Positions 12,635 through 24,217 of a DNA stretch of 64,000 nt are shown piece after piece; the stretch's first letter is position 1; each line of letters opens with the position of its first letter. The DNA is from Pseudovirgaria hyperparasitica (taxonomy: Eukaryota): assembly GCA_010093815.1 (NCBI GenBank), contig ML996583.1. One strand, given 5' to 3'. The notes under the pieces are model-generated. The model did not search any database. It was given only the letters and a program-made list of their open reading frames with translations, and had not been told where the DNA came from. Made by a program: the position numbers and the translations under genes.

Positions 12635-13682
12635 GTTACGGCCGTGGATGCATGAGTGATGGGCTGAGATGATCTGTTTGTCTTCATGAAAGTGTGATTC
12701 TTCAAAAGAGTCTAGACCTGTGTCTTCGTTAATGTGTAATAGTTATAGAGCATCCTAGGGAGTATCAAGCTCCTCTTTTCTTGATCTCTCAAGACTGGTT
12801 GTGAATTGACCACCCGTGGGTGCTATAGTAGTTCTCTACGGTGGACTCGTTGGTCATCCATGGATGTGACTAGCAAGCTCGCTGCGACTATCCCATATAG
12901 GACGTCGACACACGAATCCTATGTTGTCTTCGGTTTCCTGCTGACTATTCACTCCTTCGAATATCTTGCTGCTTGGCAATTGATGACAGCTGGTATATGG
13001 GATGAGTAAAGAGGTGCATGGAGTTAGTATGGGTATGGGGTACCCATGTAGTCCAGAGTGGACTAGTATGAATAAGGTAAGACTCTTCGATGCAGCCAAT
13101 CAGAGTGCTTGCATTATCCGGAAATCTGTTGAGTCGGTAACACAGCAATTTTCACGTGAATATATCCGGAGCAATGCAACCCTCGTAAACACAGTCTTGG
13201 AAGGCCTGAATGGACACTGTAACTTGATGTATTATAACGCTTGACCGGAGACATGTGGAAAGGCTGGGCGGCATAACGAGCCTCGGCCTACCCTTGTTTA
13301 CAGGCAGCACTGCGAGCCACTGGGGATCACTGGGGTAAGCTGAGGCTTGTGCAGCTGCAGGTGGCGGGCGGGATCAGGGATGCAGACCCCACACTTTGCC
13401 CCCTTTAAGGACCCGTGAACCTTTCTAGATGCCGACTGTCCACTCCACTCACCACCACCAGTCTACCACCACAAATATTACAGTAGTGAGGATGCGGGGG
13501 ACTGTTAGTCCTTCACATTCACTCCAGAGCATCATGGACTACTCTCTTAGTCTCGTCACGTGGCGCGGATCCTTCTACTGCCAAACATTTGAACATCCAC
13601 TTGCCCGTGGTGCTGTTCTTTCGCCTTGCGCGGCCTTTAACCTCCAACCCACTCCCACAAACATCACCACGGAATCTCTATC

Positions 13683-16019
13683 ATGGCCACAGCTACCGTG
13701 ACTGGGAAGATTCCAAAAGCTTCGCCACCGTCCGCTCTGCCATCAAATGATCCTCTGACGCCTGAGCAATGGAAGACATTTCTGGCAATTTCCGATGCCT
13801 TCGTCCCAGCTGTGCAACCAAAGTCCAAAGCGGACCCTATGCACCAACTCGCTGTGCCCGACGATGAATACTCACGAGCGATGAGCGTGCTTGAAAGAAT
13901 CACGCCAACAGAGACCGGGCGGCTGCTTGTGGACAATTATCTTCAGGAATCGCCAGGAACCTCAGAGGCTTTCAGGAAGGCCGTCTACCGGCTGATGAGC
14001 TTCTTTATGGTCCCAGACCAGAAGAATCAACTGATAATGGTGCTCAACGTGCTGAAGTGAGTGCAACATTCTACATGCTTGTCTTGAATGGCGGCTAACC
14101 AGTCCTCAGCTATCGAGCTGGCTCGCTTCTCTTGACTGGTTCAACAACACCCATCAGTGAACAGCCTGTCCACGTGCGCGAGCAGATCCTGCGTGGATGG
14201 GAAAACTCTCGCCTGCCACCTCTCCGACTACTCATGCGCTCGCTTCAGATGCTAACAAAGCAGTCATGGATACAGACCAGTCCTTCCATGGGGCCTTTAC
14301 TTGGCTATCCGCGAGTGCCAGTCCATGGAACACCTGGAAAAGGATTCGAGTACAGCTTTATTCAGATGCCACCTGGCGATGGACCGGAGATCATCGAAAC
14401 TGATGTTGTGGTTGTCGGCAGTGGATGTGGAGCCGGTGTGAGCGCGAAAAACGTGGCAGATGCTGGTTACAGAGTCATTGTAGCCGAAGCCGGCCACTAC
14501 TGGCCCCCAGAACATTTGCCCATGACCGAGCAAGAGGGACAGACGAATCTCTTCATGAACGGTGGTTTAATGCTCTGTAAGCAGCCAGATATTAGAGTGC
14601 GAGGAGTTCAGACTGACCACATATTTAGCCGACGACCAGTCGATTGGCGTAGCTGCAGGTCAAACATGGGGCGGCGGCGGTACAGTCAACTGGTCGGCGT
14701 CGTTGCAAACGCAAAGTTTCGTGCGTAAAGAATGGGCTGACAGTGGCCTCCCATACTTCACATCCGCAGAGTTCCAGGCAGACCTGGATACCGTATGTAA
14801 TAGAATGGGTGTCTCGACCGACTTCATACAGCACAACCAAACCAACCAACTGCTCATGGAAGGTGCCCGCAAACTCGGGTACGGCCACAAAGCCGTTCCG
14901 CAGAACACTGGTGGAAAGCAGCATTATTGCGGCTACTGCACACTCGGTTGCGCATCCTGTGAGAAGCAAGGCCCCGTAATCTCCTATCTTCCAGACGCTG
15001 CACGCGCTGGGGCACAGTTCATTGAAGGGTTTCACGTCAAAAAGGTACTCTTCGAAGACAAGAAAGGTGGCCGTACCGCCGTGGGTGTGCAGGGAATATG
15101 GAAGTCGCGTGACCTGAACGGTGGCATTGAGGGCCCCTCGACGGTCATTCGCGACGTGATCATCAAGGCAAAACGTGTCATTGTGTCTGGTGGAACCATG
15201 CAGTCCCCCCTTCTTCTCATGCGCTCCGGCCTTAAGAACTCAAATATCGGCAAATATCTTCATCTACACCCTGTCTCATTCCTCGGTGCCATCCACGAGC
15301 GCGAGATCAAGCCGTGGGAAGGTGGTATCCTCACTGCTGTCGTCTCCGAATACGAGAACCTGGATGGCGTAGGCCACGGCGCGAAGATTGAAGCTACAAA
15401 TATGCTACCGGCGACTTGGCTACCATGGGCAGCCTGGGACGGCGGACTGGGATATAAGATCAACGCCGCGCGCATGAAGCACATGGTCGGCTACATCTCC
15501 ATCGCCCGCGACCGCGACACAGGCAGCGTCTTCATTGACCCGAACGATGGCCGCTGCCGCATCAACTACCATCCAAGCGCCTTCGACAAGAAACACATCA
15601 TGGAAGGTGTGATTGCATGTGCAAAGATCCAGTACATCGCTGGCGCGACAGAGATCTTCACCACCATTCCCCACGTGCCTAAGTTCGTGCGTAATCCAGC
15701 AAACGCAGGCCTCGGAATCAATGACCCGGAGTTTGTCGCCTGGTTGGCAACAGTACGGAGAGCAGGGTTTCCGAGTCCAGAGACGCTGTTCGTGAGTGCG
15801 CATCAGATGGGCACGTGTCGCATGGGCGCCAGCAAGGGGACCAGTGTGGTGGATCCGAAGGGCAAGGTCTGGGATACACAGGGGCTGTATGTGGCAGATG
15901 CGAGCGTGTTCCCGAGTGCAAGTGGTGTCAATCCGATGATTACAAACATGGCGATATCAAATTATATCTCGCGGAACGTGGTGGCCGGATTGGCAGACGG
16001 GATTAGGGGGAAGCTGTGA
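13683..16019 (+). CDS. Long-chain fatty alcohol oxidase (GMC oxidoreductase family)
   Basis: Exons 13683-14056, 14110-14576, 14629-16019 with introns GTGAGT..CTAAC..CAG and GTAAGC..CTGAC..TAG. FAD motif DVVVVGSGCGAG, plus GGGGTVNWSAS, HYCGYCTLGC, SAHQMGTCRMG, DASVFPSASGVNPMIT. Ends -GKL. Confidence 0.95.
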
Positions 16020-16484
16020 TAGTTTGTCGAAGGCCGAGGATCGAGGAGTTGAGGTGCTGAGGTGCTGAGCATTCTAATACGGTGTTTTGTTGTATATCTG
16101 TATGTATTTTCTCACGGCTGTATCTCGTAATCACGTTCATGAGATCATATGCTCTTTTGTATTCAGTTACGGTAGGTGCACGTGCTTCACCTTGGCTTAA
16201 TTTCACAAAAGAACTGGCTGAGTCGTTCATCTCTATCATTATCATTATCATCAACACCACCACCATCTTTGCATCATCGTCATTTCCCATCGTATAGCAT
16301 AGAATCAATTGCATCCATGTCGAATCCATGCAGGGACTTGGGTCTGATTGGCTGCTCGCGCGGCCAGCGAGACCAAGCAAATGGACCACGTCAATCCCGC
16401 ATGTAGGTAACCTGTAGCCTGGTACACTGGCAAACTGCATACCAGAAGTATTACCTATAAGATCAAGGACTTGCAAAGTTGACA

Positions 16485-19400
16485 ATGGCGAATCGTCGGT
16501 CGAAGAAGGGAAACAAGCCCAAGCAGAACTCTCAGACAGCGCCGACGCCATGTCCAGTGCTTCTAGAAGCTCCTCTCGCTCCGACAATGCCAAACTCTGC
16601 TCGGTCAGTTCAGGACGATATTCATGACGCGGTGTGCTTGCTTGCACTTGTTCGACAGCGAGGACCGGATATTGGTGTAGGTAATCAGAACAATGACCAG
16701 GGTCAAGAGGGGGTAGCATACTCGGACTCTGCCTCTGACGTTACCGGTGGAAGCAACGACGATGGATGCGATCAACTATACTCAAGTAGCCCAGATCATC
16801 ACGACGGGCAGCATTTAGATGCCCTGCGAAACAAACTATTGGACCGTTTGGCGGAAGTTCTCGCTAGGTATAAGAAGAGCAACCATGCATCCGGATCGTG
16901 CGATTCGAAGCATGTAGCCAGCACCATGATGGTACTTGACCAGGACAAAGAGGGTGTCAATATCGTGTGTTCTAAGAATGAGGGTCTTGATCAAACAGAC
17001 CTTGCTTTTCTGCGTGACTGGACCAAGCTGATGATGGAGATTTCGCAAACAGGTAAGAAAATTAACAAGTCTATGCTGATATTCTTCCCTGTATACTCAC
17101 AACTCTTCAAAGGCAAAGCGTCATCTTCCCATAGAACCCGAATGTCGACTCTAGTTGTAGAGCATCAACGGCCGCGGATAGAAACATATGTAAACTGGTT
17201 GCGAGCCGGCTCGCAAGCGCATATGGTGAACACTCGAACACCTTCAAGTTCTGATGTGTCAAGACACGACCTCACTTCAGACAGGCTAGATGCCCACTCA
17301 AGGATGTATTCAGCTCCTGATCCTAGACTGTGGACAGACGACCATGGTCTCCAGTATGACATACGCTGCATCTACAATCCTTCCAAGCCTGGCCCTTCGC
17401 TTGCCGCCGCGTCAGGAGAAAGCTTACGGGATATTGACAAAACATTGACCGAATTCTTCGCTGACATCGAGTTGATGAAAAATGCTACTCAGAGTGCGAG
17501 ATCGAACAAACTGAACGCTAAGGTGTCCCAGACAGCTCTGCAGTTGTGGGCAGGAGCTCGAAAACGTGCCTCTCTTTTGGCACGACTTAGAAAAACTTTC
17601 AGCAATGACAAAGTTCGAAGCCAAATATTGAAGGCTATATGCTCGTTGGCCAAAGTCGCTCACGCCGTTGATAGTTTTCTGCTAGGAGCAGAAGTCTTGG
17701 TAGAATTTCGAAATACGACTTATGTGGCTGTTGACGCACGACCAGTTGAGCTCTCTGACCTGCTTACGAAAAGGGCAGTACCATCTACTCTGCAATTGAC
17801 AGAGCGACTAGGGATACCAGTACGCCGTTCTGATTGGAAGTCAAAACTTGAACACAAAGAGGCGAATCTTGCTCGGATTTGGAAACAGCGGTTGAAGCAC
17901 CGCCACGTTCACGCGGAATTACAAATCTTACACTTTAGCGAGTCAAAAGCCATGAAGGCCACCCAAAGAGTGCATAAGTATATAGGTTGCAGTAAACGAT
18001 GTTGTTTCCTATGCGACCACCTTCGTTTGGCTCATGGACAGTTTCGCGTCCGGGGTACTCATAAGACTATCATACATCGATGGCATATACCATACCGAGC
18101 AAGCGACGAAACTATACATATGAATCAGAACACTCTGAAAAATTTCTTCGGGCTATTAAAATTTGAGCTTCAGACAGTTTTCGATGGCCGTGTTGTCGGG
18201 CCAGAGCAGTCAATAGCACAGTCGTCTTTGGCTCTATCAACAGCGCAACTAAACTCGGAGGAAGAAGAACGGGTTTCGATGGAAGAATGTCATCGAGACA
18301 TAGAGTACGAAATCTCACACGCACTGGAAGATCTTGGGGCTAATTATAACGCAGTGCAATCTTAGGCGGCTGCGCAGTGTTTAGTGTGGACAACATTTCC
18401 TACATGCCCATACATGGTAAACCTGGGTTTGCTTACGTTATGGGCGGACCACATCGGAATAATAAAATGATGGCTATAGAGGAAGCTGAGTTGCTCAAGA
18501 CGAATTCCATTCGTGCGAAGCTGGGTCTTGAGAAGCTTGGGTTCTCCGAATCGAGGACACCATCACCTCTATTCCGAACGTGCAGGCTTTGTCAGAAACA
18601 GAGTAGCTTTCGCTGCAGTCGCTGCCGAGCCCCTTATTGTTCACTCCAGTGCCAGAGAAGACACTGGAGGCTTCATGTGTTCCACTGCTCTGTCAAAGAT
18701 CGACCTAACCCATTCGATCATCTTTGGCTTCTGGTTCGCCTGTGGCCATCCGTTGCGCAAGAGTCATCTTCTCGCACGAAATTGATCGAAGCTCTCTTTG
18801 CCGATGATGACCTATGCAGAACGTTTGGATTTGTCAACTGCGAGTCAACGGAAGATATAGTCAATCTTTTGTGCATCTACGGGCGGCTGATCAGGGCAAC
18901 AAAATCTCAACGCCTTCAGTATTTTCTCGGACCAGGCATGTTGGAAAAAAACATCTCCAATTTCGTCGAAATAGAATCGACCTCCTCGAACAACACCAAA
19001 GCATGTAGATGCGTGCAGTGGTATATCGAGCGGCATAGAGAGGGCTTCAATATTCCTGACTACGAGAGTAAATATCAAGGTTGGTGGCATGGGGTTGAAA
19101 TAACCCATTTTATGTTTCAAATTGACGACGAGAGACTTTCCACTTTATCAGACACAGAGTCTCAACTAACTCAACTCTACTATATCCTCTTTCGCGATCA
19201 TGGATATCGAATCACTCCGCACCAGGGATCTTTATGGATGAAGTTCGGATTCTGCTTTTGCAAGTCAGAAGAGCAGAACGAGACTCTCGCTGAAGCGTAT
19301 ATGCAGCTTGTAGTCCGCGAAGTATCGCTCAAAGACATCACCAAAGCTTATGACAACGACAAGCTTCTCGACTTGATGAGCGTGAACGGATTTGACATCT

Positions 19401-20020
19401 CCAAATTAGTTCAGAGCAGAGTCCAACCGCGAGCCCCATCTTTTGAAGAGTCGGGAGTCTATCATCTGATGATCGAAGTCAGCCATGCTCTTTCTGGGGG
19501 GTTTTGCCGCTGTTTTCAACCGTTATGTCGTAATCATAGCAGATACGAGACCATCCTGAGCAGAGAGAGTGAAGTTGTATACGGATTCTTGGGCACAAGC
19601 GCCTGGGAGCGATGGCAGCTCTTGAACTTCTATGCCTATGTATTCAAACAGCCGGACTTTGATGCCAGAGCCATGCAGGCGGCGACACGCCGCAGAGACC
19701 AACCAGCTCACCTCGATGCCCTCACGTCCAGTGCCGACCCGGATACGGTCCACAAAGCAAGACAGACTGGGGGTCTGTCTGCATATCTCAGAACGATCGT
19801 CCCAGACTTTGAGCGCAAGATTGGCAATCCGCTCTTCGCTGGTGCGCTATTTCCGAAGCTTGGCTCCTGCGTCAGTTACCCAGAGGGCCGAGGAGTACCA
19901 GACAACTGCATGGACCACGAACTCATCATATCCGAAGGGCTGAGCGGTCCGCTCGCATGTCGCAGCTTCGAAAACAGCAGAAATGAGGATGCTGAGAGCG
20001 GGATGGATTCGTCGGACTGA
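16485..20020 (+). CDS. OTT_1508-like nucleotide deaminase domain fused to a MYND zinc finger and a repeated C-terminal domain (~1141 aa)
   Basis: Predicted exons 16485-17052, 17113-18304, 18355-20020. Intron 18305-18354 (GTACGA..GCTAAT..CAG) joins the 628-aa and 547-aa ORFs in frame. Motifs HVHAELQI (HAE at 17910-17918), YIGCSKRCCFLC, and MYND CRLC..CSRC..YCSLQCQRRHWRLHVFHC. Confidence 0.82.
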
Positions 20021-20724
20021 TGTTACATTTTTAACAAGCGGGGTATATTCTGGGAATGGTTAGCGGTGATGAGAGGGATCGTTGTAGAGGGGTGGAGAAG
20101 AATGTGTTATTTTTATGGGTCGAGTGAGGTGTAAGGAAGGTGTTGTAGTGTTATATGATGATATACCCATGCCCATGCCCATGCCCATGATGTGTTTTTG
20201 AAGCTTGGGCTATAACAAGATCGGTAGGTAGGCGGAGTTTCATTTGGACTTAATAAGAGGTGATGATAATGAACGTGTGTCTGAGACGCACCCAGCAGCA
20301 TATAACTTCTATGGTCTTGGAATGAGCAGGAAAGTCAATAAGTGTGCAGTACCTTGTTACGGCTTCGCTTCCTCATGAAACGAGATGGGCTTTCCATTAT
20401 GTGTTGAATATGATATATTTCCCTTACTAGGTTGGGATATATACACTCAAAATAAAAGAGAAGAAAGAGAAGAAAGAGATGGAAGAGAAGAAGAATACTA
20501 ATGAATCATATCTTGTACTACCCGCATACTAGAATGACAATATAAGGTTCGCAGGGGTATTTCGGATAAAACTAAGACTAATGACTAAAACACGCGTAGA
20601 TAGTCTAATAGACTAAGGCCACAGACAAAAATTGGAAACCATGTTAGTACCACAAGAAGAGAGAGGAAAATAGAAGGTTTTACCATGTATGATCCGGATT
20701 CTTACAAAAGATCAGGAAACCTTC

Positions 20725-22795
20725 TCACACAAAGCTCATCCACTCCCACTCTTCATCTCCCAACGACCACATTTCGCCGTCCATACAGCCGTGCACATAG
20801 GCTGCCCCGATAATCTCCCAGCCTTCATTCCTCGCCCCCAGCACAAATGGTGTTCTGCAACCCTTAAAAATACATATACTATCACCTTGCTGTGCGCGGA
20901 ATGGTACCCAGCCAATTCGACCGTGGCGCGACACAAAAAAATTCCGTGCGTCACGCATCACATTCTCGATAACTTCGAAAGGACGGCTTAGGTCAGAAAG
21001 CATCTTGTACACGGCGATATCCCTCAACGAACGCGTGTTCTGCGTTTTAACCATCCATTTACGCAGCATAGTCCACCATAGGAATATCGTGGCGACTTCG
21101 GGTGAGACTGGTTTGTCGTTTGGTTTGCTGGAGTACCGTGGCCCGCGGTTATAAATGAGAGTGCGCCAGAATGCGTCGAAGCTATCGCCGGCATCGAAGT
21201 GCGAGGTGGGGGATAAGGATGGGTCTGCGAGGAGGCGTATCTCTGTAAGCCATTCAAGGAGAGATGCCTGAAATTTTGCTACCTCATGATGAGTACGAAA
21301 GATGTCAAATGGTGTCTCTCCGGTGTATACACCGGTGAAATAGGATGTGCTTGAGTCGCGAGGCCTAGGCCGAGCAATTGTACGTATTGTGTCAAAGATG
21401 CACCCGCGAAAATCTACATTCTACCGACGGCGTGAGCTCATGAATCAAGACTTCGCTTGAGACTTTTACCTCTGGAATCTGCATTTTGAATCTTGTTGAA
21501 TAGTGGATAGCTCCGATGCAATCTACAGTCTCACCACTGGGAAACCTAAGCCTCAAGTGTGGTCCATGCTCGAACTTGGCGTTACCAGTAAACCGAGTGC
21601 GATACAGGTATTGTATTGGAGCGCCCATTTTAGGGACCGTGATGAAGTCCGGCAGCCATGATGGGACACCGTATGTCCTTCCATTTGGATTCGAGATGGC
21701 CGACAACCATTCAAGCTGAAACCGATGATCATCCGCGTCACCAGAGAAGTGAAGCCATTCTAGTCCATTGAGCGACTCGCTGAATTGATAACCAGGCATT
21801 CCAAGCATAGCCATCTTGCCGACGAGACTCGCAATTTCGCTCAGCGGTATGTCATAGTCAATGAAACACGGATCTAATCCAGATGATATGCCGACAAGTG
21901 CAAAGAAACGGTCTCGGGGATCTGTTGCTTGCATATCTGCATGATGGGAAAGCATTTCGTATATCGGCAGCGGTCCCTTGCTCTTGAATCTTCCAAAGGA
22001 AAGCGAAATATTCTGTGCATATAATTGTGACGTCTCGGGACATCCAAGGAGCGTATTGAAAGCATTGGCCAAATTACGATGCAAGCCTATCAGACTAGCT
22101 GTCCACAGGATGATTTCAGGGTCGAACTCCAGAGTGCCTTTCCACATGGTGGATTCTTTTGCAACAAACAGCTCCTGAAGGACCCAGATTCGACTGAACC
22201 AGGGACTTCGCATGATGTGAAACAGAGCTATCCACGCGCTATTGCCACGAGCACTCCCAAATGGTGGAACAACACCATGCAAACGAAAATCAAAATCCTC
22301 ATATGCATATCCATGACGCTTGGTAGTCTTAGTGCTAACTCGGCATTTATAAAACAAGTGCTCTGCTAGGACATAGGCCGCCGCATCGGAGAGGCTTCCA
22401 GTGCCCAACCATATGATGACCTTCTTAGCACCGGCGTAGATTTCACGCATGACGCGCACCTGCCGAGTCTTCTCATCGTCATCCGTCTGGTTAATGCAGA
22501 TTGCATCAGCCCAAAGCCAGGTCGTGACATCACGTCTGCGCCGCTCACAGAGCGCAGCATGAAGGTTTCTGCCAATGTCAAGGACCAGTCCATTGCAGAG
22601 AACTTGCTCTTTGTCTGACGTGTCGCCCCAGGCATAGGAAAGTGCCTCGTATGTTGCCTCAGATAAGTGCTGCTGGACGAGGTCGAGCTCGAGGACATCT
22701 TCATTGGATGCGTTACGGACCTTGAGGAGCCGTATGTGCCCATCTAGCAGGGCTGGCTCGTAGGTGTATTTCTGGAGTCTTTGAAGTTTCATCAT
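20725..22795 (-). CDS. Heterokaryon incompatibility HET-domain protein (HET-6-like architecture)
   Basis: Exons 22795-21470 and 21420-20725; intron 21469-21421 (GTAAAA..TAG), and exon 2 was checked open. Motifs IRLLKV, YEALSYAWG, LWADAICINQ..EK..QV..M..IY, PWFSRIWVLQE, ATDPRDRFFALVG, PSWLPDF, FWRTLI, GDSICIFKGCRTPFVL, IGAAYVHGCMDGE. Start codon is uncertain. Confidence 0.92.
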
Positions 22796-23170
22796 GCCGT
22801 ACGATGGGACGGCGCCATGGTTGGAATGTGATGTTAGGGAATTGTAGAGGACCTCCAAAGGATTCTAGCGATGCATCCGATAGTTGTTGCCTTGGGAAGA
22901 GTTGCTTTGTTCCCGACAAGGCTCAGTGGGCGCCACTGTGAGGCGCAGCACGTTGACAGCTCATCTGCTCGTGAGTCTGCATCATATTAGGGAAACAATA
23001 TGGAAATACTACATCCGATGGTCTTTACCCAGATGTAGATTTGCGATGGTTTCGATGCTGTTGAGTCGAAAGAACACAGGGTGACGTGTGATTGCCTGGG
23101 GTCCGTATATTACGCTAAGCCTATTCCGGTCTATAATCGAGTGGAATTACAGTGCAAATGGTAATAAAAC

Positions 23171-24217
23171 CTATGCTTTGATCTGCCTCTCTTCCAACCA
23201 TTCCTTGATAATCAATCCCACTTCGTCTGGCTTCTCAAGAGTGCACCAATGCCCACTGTTGATCTCCTTCTTAGTGGCATCTTTATACAGTCCAGCTTTC
23301 TGGCCTTGATCAAAATACGCCGTCAGGCAGATCGCATCCTCATCACAACCGATAAACAAATGCGGAATCTTCAGCACGTTCAGGCTCCTGTCAATCTCTT
23401 TCTCCACTTCGGATTGGATATTATCCACCATCGCATGGTACCAATTGAAAGCTCCCACTAGTCCATCCCGCTGGATCCTGGCGAGGAATGCTTTCTTCTT
23501 CGCCTCGTCTTGCGCAAAAGGTTTGAGCTCAACAATGGTGTCCTCTTCCAAGAACTTCCTCGTGGCGCCTTTCATGCAAAATGTCCTGCGGGCATGGTCT
23601 GGGTCCTTTGCATGCAACGAGCACCAAAAACTGTCCAGATGCGCTTGCACAACATCGTTTGCGTCCGGACTAGTGAAAAATTCCCAGTAAGAATAACGGG
23701 GGAAGCCCGTTGCGGATTCCAGCATGGCATTCACGGCATCCAAATTGAAAGGCTCATCATGAGGAGGCATAAACACGACGCTGAGCAGAATCAATGCTAC
23801 AACGCGAGATGGGTGCCAATAATACATGCGCTGCGCCATGTAGGAACCTAGGTCGTGACCGAGGGAGATGAATGAAACGACTTTTTCATGATCGAGAATC
23901 TCAATAATATCTTGAGCCATATCTTTGGAGTTGTAGAGTTGCTTGTCCGTGGGTTTATCCTGTTGACCGTGAGTACCGAATCCGATTGTTGATCAATCAT
24001 AACTTACTGTATCCCCATACCCGAGGAGATCCGGAATGATCATTCCATGTCCAGTTGGAATGATGTGGCCAACGACGCCTTCGTACAAATGCGCATCATC
24101 GGGCCATCCATGATGAAGAACAATGGTAGGCTTGGTGACGTCTTTGCCAGGGTAATGATAGTAAGTGTACGTGAGGCCACGACTTGTTTTGAGGGTTGAT
24201 TTCTTGAATTGATCCAT
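23171..24217 (-). CDS. Soluble epoxide hydrolase-like alpha/beta hydrolase
   Basis: Exons 24217-24008 and 23959-23171; intron 24007-23960 (GTAAGT..CAG). Motifs HGWP oxyanion loop, PDLLGYG, GHDLGS nucleophile Asp, NWYH, D acid in EDAIC, GHW catalytic His. Confidence 0.93.

Noticed and set aside
16003..16719. 238-aa minus-strand ORF
   Set aside because: Overlaps the deaminase gene antisense and crosses ATC-rich low-complexity DNA; no motif. Treated as a shadow ORF.
20167..20189. (CCCATG)n microsatellite; also the (TG)n run at ~30370 and the GT-rich intron at 2582-2670
   Set aside because: Ordinary simple repeats in UTR or intron sequence.
21320..21335. 16-bp palindrome CCGGTGTATACACCGG
   Set aside because: Single occurrence inside the HET coding exon; plausible by chance.
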